Assembly (NCBI GenBank): GCA_964371035.1
Contig: CAYJLG010000001.1
Coordinates: 702-64,701 of the forward strand
Reading direction: 5' to 3'
Source: an uncultured Clostridia bacterium
GTDB lineage: Bacteria > Bacillota > Clostridia > Tissierellales > Sedimentibacteraceae
Length of the DNA: 64,000 nucleotides
This document shows positions 10,861 through 21,121 of this stretch, in pieces. The translations under genes were made by a program, and so were the position numbers. Every line of letters starts with the position of its first letter. The stretch's first letter is position 1. Below the pieces are notes generated by a model. That model worked only from the letters and a program-made list of their open reading frames with translations, was not told the DNA's origin and searched no databases.

Positions 10861-12990
10861 ATGAAGTTAATTATAGCAGAAAAACCTTCTGTTGCAAAAG
10901 ATATAGGAAGTGTTTTAAATGCATCTAAAAGAGAAAATGGTTATATTAGCGGAAATGGCTATATAATTACTTGGTGTGTAGGACATCTGATACAATTAGC
11001 TATGCCTGAAGAATATGATTTAAAGCTCAAATCTTGGAATATAAATACTTTACCAATTTTTCCAGGGAAATTCAAATATGTCGTAAATGACTCTACAAAG
11101 AGCCAATATGATATAGTCAGTAAACTTCTGAATAGAGATGATGTCGATGAAATCATTTGTGCAACTGACGCAGGAAGAGAAGGGCAATTAATATTTGGAT
11201 ACGTTTATGTTGCATCTCAATGTAAAAAACCTGTTAAGAGGCTTTGGATCAATAGTATGACAGATGAAGCAATACGTGAAGGTTTTGATAACTTAAAAGA
11301 TAATAAAGATTATTTTTTGCTTTATCAATCTGCCAAATCGCGTTCTGAAGCAGATTGGCTCGTAGGAATAAACGCTACAAGGTTGTTTTCAGTGAAATAT
11401 AATCAAAAATTGACTATAGGCAGAGTGCAAACTCCAACTCTTGCTATGATTGTTCAAAGACAGCTAGAAATTGAAAATTTTGTTTCTGAACCATTTTATG
11501 AAGTAGTAGCAGAATGTGAAAATTTTGCTGCCACTTGGTATGATGAAGATGGTACAAAGATTAAAGTAAAAGAAAAAGCTGAAGGAATCATCAAAAAATG
11601 TGAAGGTAAGACAGGTAAAATTACTAAAATTACAAAGAAAAAATCGAGTACCGAAAGACCTTTATTATATGATTTAACAGAACTTCAAAGAGACGGCAAC
11701 AGAAAATATGCATATACTGCAGAGCAAACGTTAGAAGCCGCACAAAACCTGTATGAAAAATTTAAGTTGACCACATATCCAAGAACAGATAGTAGATATT
11801 TAAGTACAGATATGAAACCTAAACTTTCTGGAATATTGCAAAATGTAAAACAAGGATGGAAAGTTGCTGATAAATGTATTGATAAAATTATTGGCCAAGG
11901 ACTAAATACAGATAAAAGAATAATTGATGATAAAAAAGTTACAGATCACCATGCAATTATTCCTACAGATAATATTAAAAACTTAGGAAATATTAAATTA
12001 CCTGAAAGAGAAAAAAACATCTTGCAGCTAGTTCTTACAAGATTTATTGTGTCTCTAGACAAAAAACATGAATTTGATCAGACTGACATAGAATTAGTAA
12101 TAGAAGATGAAACTTTTAAGGCAAGAGGTAAAAAAATTACTTTTGCTGGATGGAAAGAAACGGAAGATACTTTATTAGGTAAAAATATTAATCCAGACTT
12201 AGAAGAAGAAAAAGAAATAACTGGAAATTTAAAGAAAAATGATGCTGTAGAGGTTCAGGAATTGTTGTTATCAGAAAAAAAGACTTCTCCTCCTAAACCA
12301 TTTAATGAAGCTACACTACTAACAGCCATGGAAACTGCTGGTAAACATATAGAAGATGAAGAATTAAAAGAAAATATGAAGGGTGTTGGATTGGGTACAC
12401 CCGCAACTCGTGCAGGAATTATTGAAAAACTTGTTTCTGTAGGGTATATTAAGAGAAACAAAAAAAATCTACTACCTACAGAAAATGGTATAAAATTAAT
12501 AGAATTAGTTCCTGAAAAATTGAAAAAACCTGATTTGACGGGAGAATGGGAACAAACATTAAACAAAATCACATCAGGTGAAGAGAAGGCACAAGATTTT
12601 ATAGTAAGTATTAAAAAATATGTATATGAAATTATTAATGAAGGTAAAAAAAGCAATGTTAAAAACATTAATTTTACAGGACAATCGCTCAACAATCCAA
12701 ATAAAGAGAGTATAGGCATATGTCCTGCTTGTGGCGAAAATATTTACGAAAGTGAAAAAGGTTTTTATTGTGCGGGATTTAGAAATTATCCAAAATGTAA
12801 TTTTGGTATATGGAAATCTAATAAAATTTTTGAAGAAAATGAGATAGTATTAACACCAGAATTAATTAAAATATTAATCACAGAAAAAGTTTTTAAGGGT
12901 TTAGAGAGCAAAGACAAAGAAGGCAAGATAATAAACATTATGTTAACCATGACTCTTAATGGTAGTTATGCCAATTTTAAAATAGAATAA
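10861..12990 (+). CDS. topB: DNA topoisomerase III
   Basis: Toprim LIIAEKPS and DAGREGQ, catalytic Tyr context TYPRTDSRYLS, C-terminal Cys zinc-ribbon CPACGENIY..CAGF..C. Confidence 0.85.
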   Translation: MKLIIAEKPSVAKDIGSVLNASKRENGYISGNGYIITWCVGHLIQLAMPEEYDLKLKSWNINTLPIFPGKFKYVVNDSTKSQYDIVSKLLNRDDVDEIICATDAGREGQLIFGYVYVASQCKKPVKRLWINSMTDEAIREGFDNLKDNKDYFLLYQSAKSRSEADWLVGINATRLFSVKYNQKLTIGRVQTPTLAMIVQRQLEIENFVSEPFYEVVAECENFAATWYDEDGTKIKVKEKAEGIIKKCEGKTGKITKITKKKSSTERPLLYDLTELQRDGNRKYAYTAEQTLEAAQNLYEKFKLTTYPRTDSRYLSTDMKPKLSGILQNVKQGWKVADKCIDKIIGQGLNTDKRIIDDKKVTDHHAIIPTDNIKNLGNIKLPEREKNILQLVLTRFIVSLDKKHEFDQTDIELVIEDETFKARGKKITFAGWKETEDTLLGKNINPDLEEEKEITGNLKKNDAVEVQELLLSEKKTSPPKPFNEATLLTAMETAGKHIEDEELKENMKGVGLGTPATRAGIIEKLVSVGYIKRNKKNLLPTENGIKLIELVPEKLKKPDLTGEWEQTLNKITSGEEKAQDFIVSIKKYVYEIINEGKKSNVKNINFTGQSLNNPNKESIGICPACGENIYESEKGFYCAGFRNYPKCNFGIWKSNKIFEENEIVLTPELIKILITEKVFKGLESKDKEGKIINIMLTMTLNGSYANFKIE

Positions 12991-13025
12991 TATTACTAAT
13001 AATTTTGTTTTGAAATATAACAATT

Positions 13026-13268
13026 GTGTATTATGGAGGTTTTATGAAAAAATATTTTGCACCAATAATTATAGGTCTGTTTCTTGTAATTTATCTTTCG
13101 ACTATGGGCATGCACATTTGGTTTTCAAGTGATGCATCAATATCACTTTTTTATAAATTATTATTTACTTTAATTCCTATTGGGATTGCTTGTGGAGCTA
13201 TATATGTTACATTAGAAAGAATAAAAGAAATTAAAGGAGGTGAGGAAGATGATGCTAGTAAATATTGA
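13026..13268 (+). CDS. Small membrane protein (2 TM), unknown function
   Basis: 80 aa with two hydrophobic segments. No family recognised. Confidence 0.35.
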   Translation: MYYGGFMKKYFAPIIIGLFLVIYLSTMGMHIWFSSDASISLFYKLLFTLIPIGIACGAIYVTLERIKEIKGGEEDDASKY

Positions 13269-13563
13269 TTATATTCCTGGTAAAGAATTTAATGTTTTAG
13301 GTGTAGTAAAAGGCAGTATCATTCAATCAAAGCATGTAGGTAAAGATTTTTTATCAGGATTAAAGACGATTGTAGGTGGAGAATTAACCGCATATACTGA
13401 AATGATGGATGAAGCAAGGAAAATAGCTACGCTTAGAATGGTAAAAGATGCTGAAAGTATAGGTGCAGATGCTATTATTAATTTGAGATATACTTCTTCA
13501 GCAGTAATGCAAGGTGCAGCTGAAGTTATGGCATATGGTACAGCAGTTAAATTTAAAATATAA
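13249..13563 (+). CDS. YbjQ/UPF0145 family protein
   Basis: GGELTAYTEMMDEARKIA and DAIINLRY are typical of YbjQ. AGGAGG lies 8 nt before the ATG at 13249 (the track start 13240 is a GTG inside the RBS). Confidence 0.8.
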   Translation: MMLVNIDYIPGKEFNVLGVVKGSIIQSKHVGKDFLSGLKTIVGGELTAYTEMMDEARKIATLRMVKDAESIGADAIINLRYTSSAVMQGAAEVMAYGTAVKFKI

Positions 13564-13581
13564 TTTTGGAGGAATTGTTTA

Positions 13582-15363
13582 ATGAGCTATTCATGGAGTT
13601 TGGATAAGTTATATGTGAGCTATGATTCACAAGAGTTTGTTAATGATTTAGAAAAGTTACAAAATGCAGGAAATGTAATGAAAAGTTTTTGTGAAAAAGA
13701 ATTATCTAATTATGAAAATACTGCAAAAAAAATAGAAGAATACTTAAAATTAACTAGTGATTACAACGCATTAGCATCAAGATTAACAGCATATTCTTCT
13801 CTTAGAGTATCTACTAACTCAAAAGATAAAGATGCAAATGCATTTATGGGAAAAATAGGCAAGTTTTCTAGTGAATTAACAGGCCCTAAAACTGCTTTTC
13901 AAATCTATCTTAAAGAATGTGATAATTTACAAGAGATAATAAACAGTTCTGAGTTTTTGAAACAGTATGAATTTCATTTAAATGAATTAGTTGAGCATGC
14001 TAAATACATGTTGAGCGATAAAGAAGAAATTTTAATCTCTAAAATGAAGTTGACTGGATCAGCTGCATGGGCTAAGTTGCAAGGTAAAGTTTCTTCAGAG
14101 GCTGTGGTTGAAATTGAAGAAAATAATGAGAAAAAAATCATTCCTGTTACTGCACTTCCACAACTTCCTAGCACAGATGATGTGAATGTAAAGAAAAAGA
14201 GATTTGAAGCTGAATGTAGAGCTTACGATACTTATGCTGAAATTTCAGCAGCTTGTTTAAATAATCTAAAGGGTGAAGTTATTGCTTTGTCTGATTTAAG
14301 AGGCTACAATTCACCTCTTGAAATGACTCTAAATGAATGTAGAATGGATCAAGAAACTTTGAATGCTCTTATTGGTAGTATTGAAGATTACTTGCCTGAA
14401 CTTAGAAGATATTTTAAAATTAAGGCGAAACTATTAAAGTATGATAAAGGCTTACCGTTTTTCGATGTATCTGCATCAGTAGGTAAATCTAATAAAAAAT
14501 ATACAATTGAAGAAGCTAAAGAATTAGTTCTTAAATCATTCAAGGCTTTTAGCCAAGAAATGCACGATTTTGCAAAAGAAGCTTTTGATAATAATTGGAT
14601 AGATTACGAACCAAAAGCTGGAAAAAGAAGTGGAGCTTTTTGTATGGGTGTATACGCAATTAAAGAAAGTAGAATACTTACTAACTTTAATGGTAATATT
14701 AAAGACATTAATACTTTAGCTCATGAATTAGGTCATGGATATCACGGCAGACAACTTGCAACTGAAAACATTTTTAATAATGCTTACCCTATGCCACTTG
14801 CAGAAACTGCTTCTACGTTCTGTGAAGAAGTTTTAAAGAATGAATTGTTAAAACACATAACTGATGAAGAAAAACTATCATTTTTAAGTTTCAGTTTGCT
14901 AAGCGGAATTCAAGTAACAGTCGATATACTTTCAAGATATTATTTTGAAAGTGAATTTATGGATAAGAGAAATGATCGAGAGCTATCAGTTGATGAAATT
15001 AAAAAATTGATGATAGACGCGCAAAAGAAGAGTTATGGAGATGGACTTGATCCTGAACTTCTAAATCCTTATATGTGGTTAAATAAAGTACATTATTATA
15101 TGCCACAAAGAAATTTTTATAATTTCCCTTATGCTTTTGGATTGCTATTTTCTTTAGGATTATATTCACTTTATGAGCAAAAAGGCGAATCTTTTGTAAA
15201 TGAATATAACAATTTATTAAAATCTACAGGTAAAATGAAAATATACGATGTGTGCAAACTTGTAGGTATAGATGTAAGAGATAAAGCTTTTTGGAAGATG
15301 TCATTAGATAAAATAGTAGAATCCATTGATGAGTTTGAAAAATTAGCAGAAAGTTATATTTAA
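13582..15363 (+). CDS. pepF: M3B oligoendopeptidase F family
   Basis: 593 aa with zinc motif HELGHGYH. Confidence 0.85.
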   Translation: MSYSWSLDKLYVSYDSQEFVNDLEKLQNAGNVMKSFCEKELSNYENTAKKIEEYLKLTSDYNALASRLTAYSSLRVSTNSKDKDANAFMGKIGKFSSELTGPKTAFQIYLKECDNLQEIINSSEFLKQYEFHLNELVEHAKYMLSDKEEILISKMKLTGSAAWAKLQGKVSSEAVVEIEENNEKKIIPVTALPQLPSTDDVNVKKKRFEAECRAYDTYAEISAACLNNLKGEVIALSDLRGYNSPLEMTLNECRMDQETLNALIGSIEDYLPELRRYFKIKAKLLKYDKGLPFFDVSASVGKSNKKYTIEEAKELVLKSFKAFSQEMHDFAKEAFDNNWIDYEPKAGKRSGAFCMGVYAIKESRILTNFNGNIKDINTLAHELGHGYHGRQLATENIFNNAYPMPLAETASTFCEEVLKNELLKHITDEEKLSFLSFSLLSGIQVTVDILSRYYFESEFMDKRNDRELSVDEIKKLMIDAQKKSYGDGLDPELLNPYMWLNKVHYYMPQRNFYNFPYAFGLLFSLGLYSLYEQKGESFVNEYNNLLKSTGKMKIYDVCKLVGIDVRDKAFWKMSLDKIVESIDEFEKLAESYI

Positions 15364-15413
15364 TGATAGAGAGCGACATATTAGTCGCTCTTGTCTTGAG
15401 AATAGGAGATAAT

Positions 15414-15917
15414 ATGATTAGAAAATATAAAGGAATTGAGCCTAAAGTTCATGAAAACTGTTTTATAGCAGAAGAATGTACTATTACTGGAGATGTGACA
15501 ATAGGAGAAAAATCTAATGTATGGTTTTATTCTGTTATTAGAGGTGACACAAACAGCATTAAAATCGGAAAATATACTAATATACAAGATGGAGCAATAA
15601 TTCATGTAGATGCAGAATATCCTACAAATATTGGAGACTATGTAACAATAGGACATGGGGCAAAACTTCATGGTTGTACAGTAGGAGACAATGCGTTGAT
15701 AGGTATTGGAGCTATTATTCTTGACGGTGCAGAAATTGGTAAAGGTGCAATGGTAGCAGCTGGATGTTTAGTACCTCCAAATAAAAAAATACCAGAAAAT
15801 GTATTGGTAGTTGGTAATCCTTGTAAGATAATTAGAGATGTTACAGAAGAAGAAAAAACAGGTATTTTAAACGGATGTTTGAAATACGCAAACGTATATT
15901 CTCAAGAATATAAATAA
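15414..15917 (+). CDS. Gamma-carbonic-anhydrase-like hexapeptide-repeat protein
   Basis: Left-handed beta-helix repeats (IGHGAKLHGCTVGDNALIGIGA). The internal ATG at 15414, preceded by AGGAGA, is favoured over the track start at 15363. Confidence 0.85.
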   Translation: MIRKYKGIEPKVHENCFIAEECTITGDVTIGEKSNVWFYSVIRGDTNSIKIGKYTNIQDGAIIHVDAEYPTNIGDYVTIGHGAKLHGCTVGDNALIGIGAIILDGAEIGKGAMVAAGCLVPPNKKIPENVLVVGNPCKIIRDVTEEEKTGILNGCLKYANVYSQEYK

Positions 15918-15936
15918 AAATTATGGAGGTATTTTT

Positions 15937-16305
15937 TTGATAGATTTAAGTAATAAAATAAAAACAATTTTAGAGGCGTGTGATGACAAAAAAGGTTATA
16001 ATTTTAGTGTTATAGATATTTCTGAGGTAAGTTCAGTTTGTGACTATTTCATTTTGTGTAGTGGCAATAGCGACAAACAAGTACAAGCTATAGCAGATGA
16101 AGTAGAATTTAAGAGCAAAAAAGAAGGTAATGAAGTTTATCATATTGAAGGACTAGATACTGGAAGATGGGTTCTTATTGATATGGGTGATGTAATTGTA
16201 CACGTTTTTCATAGAGATGAAAGAGATATTTACAATCTTGAAGAACTTTGGAATGAAGGTAAATTTATTAATTCTGAAGACTATGGAGTTGAAAACTGGA
16301 AATAA
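15937..16305 (+). CDS. rsfS: Ribosomal silencing factor RsfS (iojap)
   Basis: DYFILCSGNSDKQVQAI and WVLIDMGDVIVHVF. TTG start 8 nt after GGAGG. Confidence 0.85.
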   Translation: MIDLSNKIKTILEACDDKKGYNFSVIDISEVSSVCDYFILCSGNSDKQVQAIADEVEFKSKKEGNEVYHIEGLDTGRWVLIDMGDVIVHVFHRDERDIYNLEELWNEGKFINSEDYGVENWK

Positions 16306-16347
16306 AGAAGTTGTTGTTACTATGAAAATTAATAATGTAGAAAAATT

Positions 16348-16402
16348 AAGTTCCAATGCGCCAACCATACAAGCAACACTTGTGATAGGTGCATTGGAAC
16401 TT
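16348..16402. terminator. Long hairpin between convergent rsfS and dac genes
   Basis: 12-bp stem AAGTTCCAATGC / GCATTGGAACTT with a nested CAAG..CTTG hairpin. The T-run is weak. Confidence 0.45.
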
Positions 16403-16420
16403 TTGCTTTAAGAAGTTTTT

Positions 16421-17725
16421 TTATAATCTTCCTTGTCGCCTAAGTTGTTCACGCCTTTTTTTTCTTTTATACTTTCGATATTTTATTCTAGATTTATTAT
16501 AGAATCTTAATGCAAGAACTAAAAGAATTAAGATTATAATGATGTCTAGCCATAATGGCATATCAAAAGATTCTTTAGGTTCTTCAGTTATAACGTTAAC
16601 AATTTCAGGTTCTATATCGGAAGATTCGGCTGCTATTAGCTCAGTCGTAGCAACGACTACACCTTCTGATACAAAATCTAGTTGTCCAATAGTATCTCCT
16701 TTTTTTATAGGAAAAATTGGATCGTTTAGCGTGATTTTTCTTTCAGTGATTGCATCTGATGTTATTGGAGTAACAACATATACATCATCTTTTGTGATTA
16801 AAGGAACAGATTCTTCATCATTTATTATAAAATCTTCAATATATTCATTTGATTTTTCTAATAAATCTAGTTTGTAATTTGCAAATCCGTAATCGAGTAG
16901 TGTATGAATATCTGTATAATTGTCATTTGCAGAACCATTTAATGCTATAACTACTAATCCCATACCATTATTTCTAGTGTAAGAAATTAAACAATGTCCA
17001 GCTTCCGGAGTATAACCAGTCTTTACTCCTAAAGATCCAGGATATTCTTTTTGAATCCATGCACCCTCATATAAAAACAAATCTTTAGAATTGAGTAAAT
17101 CGTTTGTAGATGCGATTAATCTTGGTTCTTTTAAATTTGTAGCTGAAATCTCATACCTTGGTACTTTGACAATTTCTCTAAATGTTTCATTTTCCATTGC
17201 ATATATTACTAATTTAGCTAAATCTGAAGCTGTTGAATAATGATTTTCTTCATGAAAACCGTGTGGATTCATAAAATTTGTATCATTCATTCCCAATTCT
17301 TTAGCCTTTTCATTCATCATTTGAACAAAATGATCGTTAGTGACACCATAGTGCATAGAAATTACTAGTGCCGCATCGTTTGCCGAAGGGAGCATAAGTG
17401 CATAAAGCAAATCTTTTAAAGAGAGTTGTTCACCAGTTTCTAAAGCTATATGGCTACTTCCAGCAGGAAGAAGTGTATGTATACTTTCATCAACAACTAG
17501 CTCATCATCTAAATTACCTAATTCGATAGCCAAAATAGCAGTCATGACCTTAGTGAGACTTGCAGGGTACATATGTTGATCTGGTAATTTTTCGTATAAT
17601 ACAGTTTGAGTTTCTAATTCAAACATTAACAAAGATTCACAGCTAGTTGTAGTAGCATATATTTTAAATGGAAATAGAAAAACAGTTAAAAGCGAAAATA
17701 TAATAATGAAAATTTTACGAATCAT
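16421..17725 (-). CDS. D-alanyl-D-alanine carboxypeptidase (class C low-molecular-weight PBP)
   Basis: SxxK (ASLTK), SxN (PSAND) and KTG (VKTGYT). Signal peptide, C-terminal TM and a basic tail. Confidence 0.9.
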   Translation of the reverse strand: MIRKIFIIIFSLLTVFLFPFKIYATTTSCESLLMFELETQTVLYEKLPDQHMYPASLTKVMTAILAIELGNLDDELVVDESIHTLLPAGSSHIALETGEQLSLKDLLYALMLPSANDAALVISMHYGVTNDHFVQMMNEKAKELGMNDTNFMNPHGFHEENHYSTASDLAKLVIYAMENETFREIVKVPRYEISATNLKEPRLIASTNDLLNSKDLFLYEGAWIQKEYPGSLGVKTGYTPEAGHCLISYTRNNGMGLVVIALNGSANDNYTDIHTLLDYGFANYKLDLLEKSNEYIEDFIINDEESVPLITKDDVYVVTPITSDAITERKITLNDPIFPIKKGDTIGQLDFVSEGVVVATTELIAAESSDIEPEIVNVITEEPKESFDMPLWLDIIIILILLVLALRFYNKSRIKYRKYKRKKRREQLRRQGRL

Positions 17726-17934
17726 GCTGAACTCCTAAACTACACATATAATAAACATTAAAATACAAAGTAATTCAATGTCAATAAGTAATAAAAATTT
17801 GTAACAATCAATTAAGAGATATTATAGCAGAAAAATTTTAAAAAAGATATTAAAAATTTTGTATTTTTGAATTTTTTTGTGTATAATATAATTGGGCTTA
17901 AAAATTATTTTAAGAAAAAATATTGGAGGGTATT

Positions 17935-18594
17935 ATGAATAGGAATATATATAAAAGGGGATTAGTTTTTTTATCTTTAATTTTAATTGCTTTATTAACA
18001 TTTTTTGGATATAAAATTAGTATGTCTAAAAATATTAAGGATTCATCCTTTGATGTTGATTCATTAGTCTTCTCAAGTGAAAATACTAAAGAATTAAGTG
18101 TAGAAGATGTTGCTACGGAGATAAAAGATGATTCAATAATAGAGACCATCTTTATTGATATTACTGGTGCCATAAATAATCCAGGGGTGTATGAAATAGA
18201 AGTGGAATCTAGAGTTTCAGATATAATTGAAATAGCAGGTGGTTTTACTGAAACAGCTAACGAGGAGTATATTTCAAAACATCTAAATCAAGCCAAGATT
18301 TTAGAGGATGAAGAAAAAATTTACATACCTTCAAACGATGAAAACATTGAAGAAGTAAAAAACTTACTTGATTCCAACAATGCTAGCGGCATAGGAAAAG
18401 ATGGAAAAATCGAATTAAATACTGCTTCTGCTGAACAATTAATGACGCTAAAGGGTATTGGTGAATCTTTTGCACAAAGAATTATTGACTATAGAGAAGA
18501 AACAAAATTTGAAACTATAGAAGAAATAATGAATGTAAAAGGAATAGGTGAAAAAACTTTTGAAAATATTAAAGATAATATTATTATAGAATAG
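17935..18594 (+). CDS. comEA: ComEA-like helix-hairpin-helix DNA-binding protein
   Basis: N-terminal TM, SLBB-like middle region, two HhH motifs (LMTLKGIGESFAQRII, IMNVKGIGEKTFENI). ATG at 17935 follows GGAGGG. Confidence 0.8.
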   Translation: MNRNIYKRGLVFLSLILIALLTFFGYKISMSKNIKDSSFDVDSLVFSSENTKELSVEDVATEIKDDSIIETIFIDITGAINNPGVYEIEVESRVSDIIEIAGGFTETANEEYISKHLNQAKILEDEEKIYIPSNDENIEEVKNLLDSNNASGIGKDGKIELNTASAEQLMTLKGIGESFAQRIIDYREETKFETIEEIMNVKGIGEKTFENIKDNIIIE

Positions 18595-18604
18595 GTGGTG
18601 CGAA

Positions 18605-19648
18605 ATGAATATAAATGATGTTAAATTAACTGATTATTCAAAAACGGCAGGCTGAGCTGCCAAGATAGGTCCTGAGACCCTTGCACAAGTTTTGTGCAAA
18701 TTACCAAAATTTAATGATGAAAATTTATTAGTAGGGATTGAAACTTCTGATGATGCCGCAGTTTACAAAATTACAGATGAACTCGCGATGATACAAACTG
18801 TAGATTTTTTTACACCTGTAGTTGATGACCCGTATCTTTTTGGCCAGATTGCTGCAGCAAACTCACTTAGTGATGTGTATGCAATGGGTGGAGAACCCAA
18901 ATTAGCTTTAAATATTATCGGATTTCCTAACTGTCTTGATCCAGAAATTATGGGAGAAATATTAGCTGGTGGAGCTTCAAAAGTTATAGAAGCAGGCGCA
19001 ACTCTTGCAGGTGGACATTCTATTGAAGATGATGAACCTAAATATGGACTTTGTGTAACTGGTTTTGTAGATATTAAAAAAATACTTAAAAACTCAGGTG
19101 CTAAAGTGGGTGATATGTTAATATTAACAAAGCAAATTGGCTCAGGTGTTATTAATACAGCATCTAAGGCAAATATGGTTTCACAGGAATCTTATGACGA
19201 AGCTGTTGTTGTTATGACTTCATTAAATAAAAAAGCAAAAGAAGTTTTAGATAATTATGAGGTTAGTAGTTGTACAGACGTGACAGGTTTTGGGCTGCTT
19301 GGACATAGTGTTGAGATGGCAAAAGGGAGCAATGTTTCGTTTGAATTAAATGTTAACAGTGTGCCTTTAATAGCTAATGCATTAGATTATGCAGAAACTG
19401 GGCTAATACCAGCAGGTGCATACAAGAATGCAAATTATTTTAAAAATGAAGTCATGTTAGGTGATGTAGAAGACGCTTATATAGATTTGTTTTATGATCC
19501 TCAAACTTCAGGAGGTTTATTGATTAGTATCAGCGAAGAATTGGCTGAAAAATGTTTGAGAGATTTAGAAGCTGCAGGCATAGATACAAAATGCGCTATA
19601 GTTGGAAAAGTAATAGAGAAAAAAGACAAGTGGATATATTTAATTTAG
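18605..19648 (+). CDS. selD: Selenide, water dikinase (selenophosphate synthetase), selenocysteine-containing form
   Basis: The track ORF 18692..19648 is SelD-like. Reading in frame from the ATG at 18605 gives [32 protein letters not shown]. This is the conserved SelD N-terminal glycine-rich loop, where Cys or Sec sits (TGA at 18653..18655). Confidence 0.9.
18661..18699 (+). promoter_or_regulatory. Candidate bacterial SECIS hairpins downstream of the selD TGA
   Basis: CAAG-aua-GGUC-cuga-GACC-CUUG (18661..18683), overlapping by 3 nt the perfect 8-bp stem UUGCACAA-guu-UUGUGCAA (18681..18699), so the two cannot both form fully. Confidence 0.45.
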
Positions 19649-19660
19649 AGAGGTTTTGTG

Positions 19661-21073
19661 ATGAATAAGAACATATTTTTTAGGAACATTCCAAAAGTTG
19701 ATTTGCTTTTAGAAGAACCAGAATTAAAATTACTTATTGAAAATAACAATAGAGATCTTGTTGTAGATGTAGTTAGAGAAAAGATTGAAGAATTAAGGCA
19801 ATTTATTTTCGCAAGCAATGATGAAGAGGCTATCAATAAAAGATTAAATGATCTTATAGATGATATTTTATCAAAATTCAATAGAATAGTTAACTTTAAT
19901 ATGAGAAAAGTTATAAATGCAACAGGTACAATTCTTCATACAAATTTAGGTAGATCAGTAATTTCTGAGGAAATAGCAGAAGATATAAAAACTATAATTA
20001 CTGGCTATTCTAATTTAGAATACGATATAGAAAACGGCATGCGAGGCGAAAGATATTCGCATTTTGAAGATGTAGTTTGTAGAATTACAGGCGCGGAGGC
20101 TGCTATGGCTGTAAATAATAACGCAGCGGCAGTAATGCTTATTTTAAGTACTCTTGCTAGAAATAAAGAAGTAATAGTATCAAGAGGTGAGTTAGTTGAA
20201 ATTGGTGGGTCTTTTAGAGTTCCAGATGTAATGAGTCAGAGTGGCTCTATTCTAAAAGAAATAGGAACTACAAACAAGACGCATCTAGTTGATTATGAAA
20301 AAGCTATCACTGCAGAAACTGCTGCTTTATTGAAGGTGCATACTAGCAATTACCAGATAGTAGGATTTACAGAAGATGTTTCTATAAAGGATTTATCAGA
20401 ATTATCAAAAGAATATAAAATTCCTTTAATAGAAGATATAGGAAGCGGCGTCTTGATAGATTTGAGCAAATACGGGTTAAGTTATGAACCTACTGTTCAG
20501 CAATCTATTAAAAACGGTGCGGATGTAGTTTGCTTTAGTGGAGACAAACTGCTAGGAGGACCACAAGCTGGTATTATTGTTGGAAAAAAAGAATATATTG
20601 ACATGATGAAGAAAAATCCTTTGACTAGAGCTTTTAGAATAGATAAGTTTACAGTTGTAGCACTAGAAGCTATTTTTCATAAATATTTGGATGAAAAAAA
20701 AGCTGTAAATCATATACCAGTGTTAAAAATGATGACCAAAAATATTGAATTGATTGAATTAGCTGCGGAGTCGTTAAAAGAAAAAATAATGCCAGTTGCA
20801 GCTAAAATCAATGTTTCTATTGAAGATTGTTTATCTCAAATTGGTGGAGGCTCTTTACCTCTTGAAAGGATTAATAGTAAATGTATTTCTATTGTTCCAA
20901 AGTATATGAGTACTGCTTTGTTTGAAAAAAGGTTAAGAGAAGTCAATATTCCTGTAATTATACGTATTGCAGAAAATAAAGCTATATTTGATTTGAGAAC
21001 TATAGCTGATAATGAATTAGATATAGTTGCAAATGCGATAATAGAAGTTTTTTCAAAGCCTATTAACGATTAA
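19661..21073 (+). CDS. selA: L-seryl-tRNA(Sec) selenium transferase
   Basis: About 470 aa. PLP-lysine context FSGDKLLGGPQAG. Sits between selD and selB. Confidence 0.9.
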   Translation: MNKNIFFRNIPKVDLLLEEPELKLLIENNNRDLVVDVVREKIEELRQFIFASNDEEAINKRLNDLIDDILSKFNRIVNFNMRKVINATGTILHTNLGRSVISEEIAEDIKTIITGYSNLEYDIENGMRGERYSHFEDVVCRITGAEAAMAVNNNAAAVMLILSTLARNKEVIVSRGELVEIGGSFRVPDVMSQSGSILKEIGTTNKTHLVDYEKAITAETAALLKVHTSNYQIVGFTEDVSIKDLSELSKEYKIPLIEDIGSGVLIDLSKYGLSYEPTVQQSIKNGADVVCFSGDKLLGGPQAGIIVGKKEYIDMMKKNPLTRAFRIDKFTVVALEAIFHKYLDEKKAVNHIPVLKMMTKNIELIELAAESLKEKIMPVAAKINVSIEDCLSQIGGGSLPLERINSKCISIVPKYMSTALFEKRLREVNIPVIIRIAENKAIFDLRTIADNELDIVANAIIEVFSKPIND

Positions 21074-21121
21074 TATGTATTTTAATCAAAATTATTAATT
21101 GAAAGGATTAAATTCTCAAAT

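Noticed and set aside
16196-16411. 71-aa plus-strand ORF overlapping the rsfS 3' end and the terminator hairpin.
   Set aside because: It overlaps rsfS out of frame and runs through the hairpin. No RBS.
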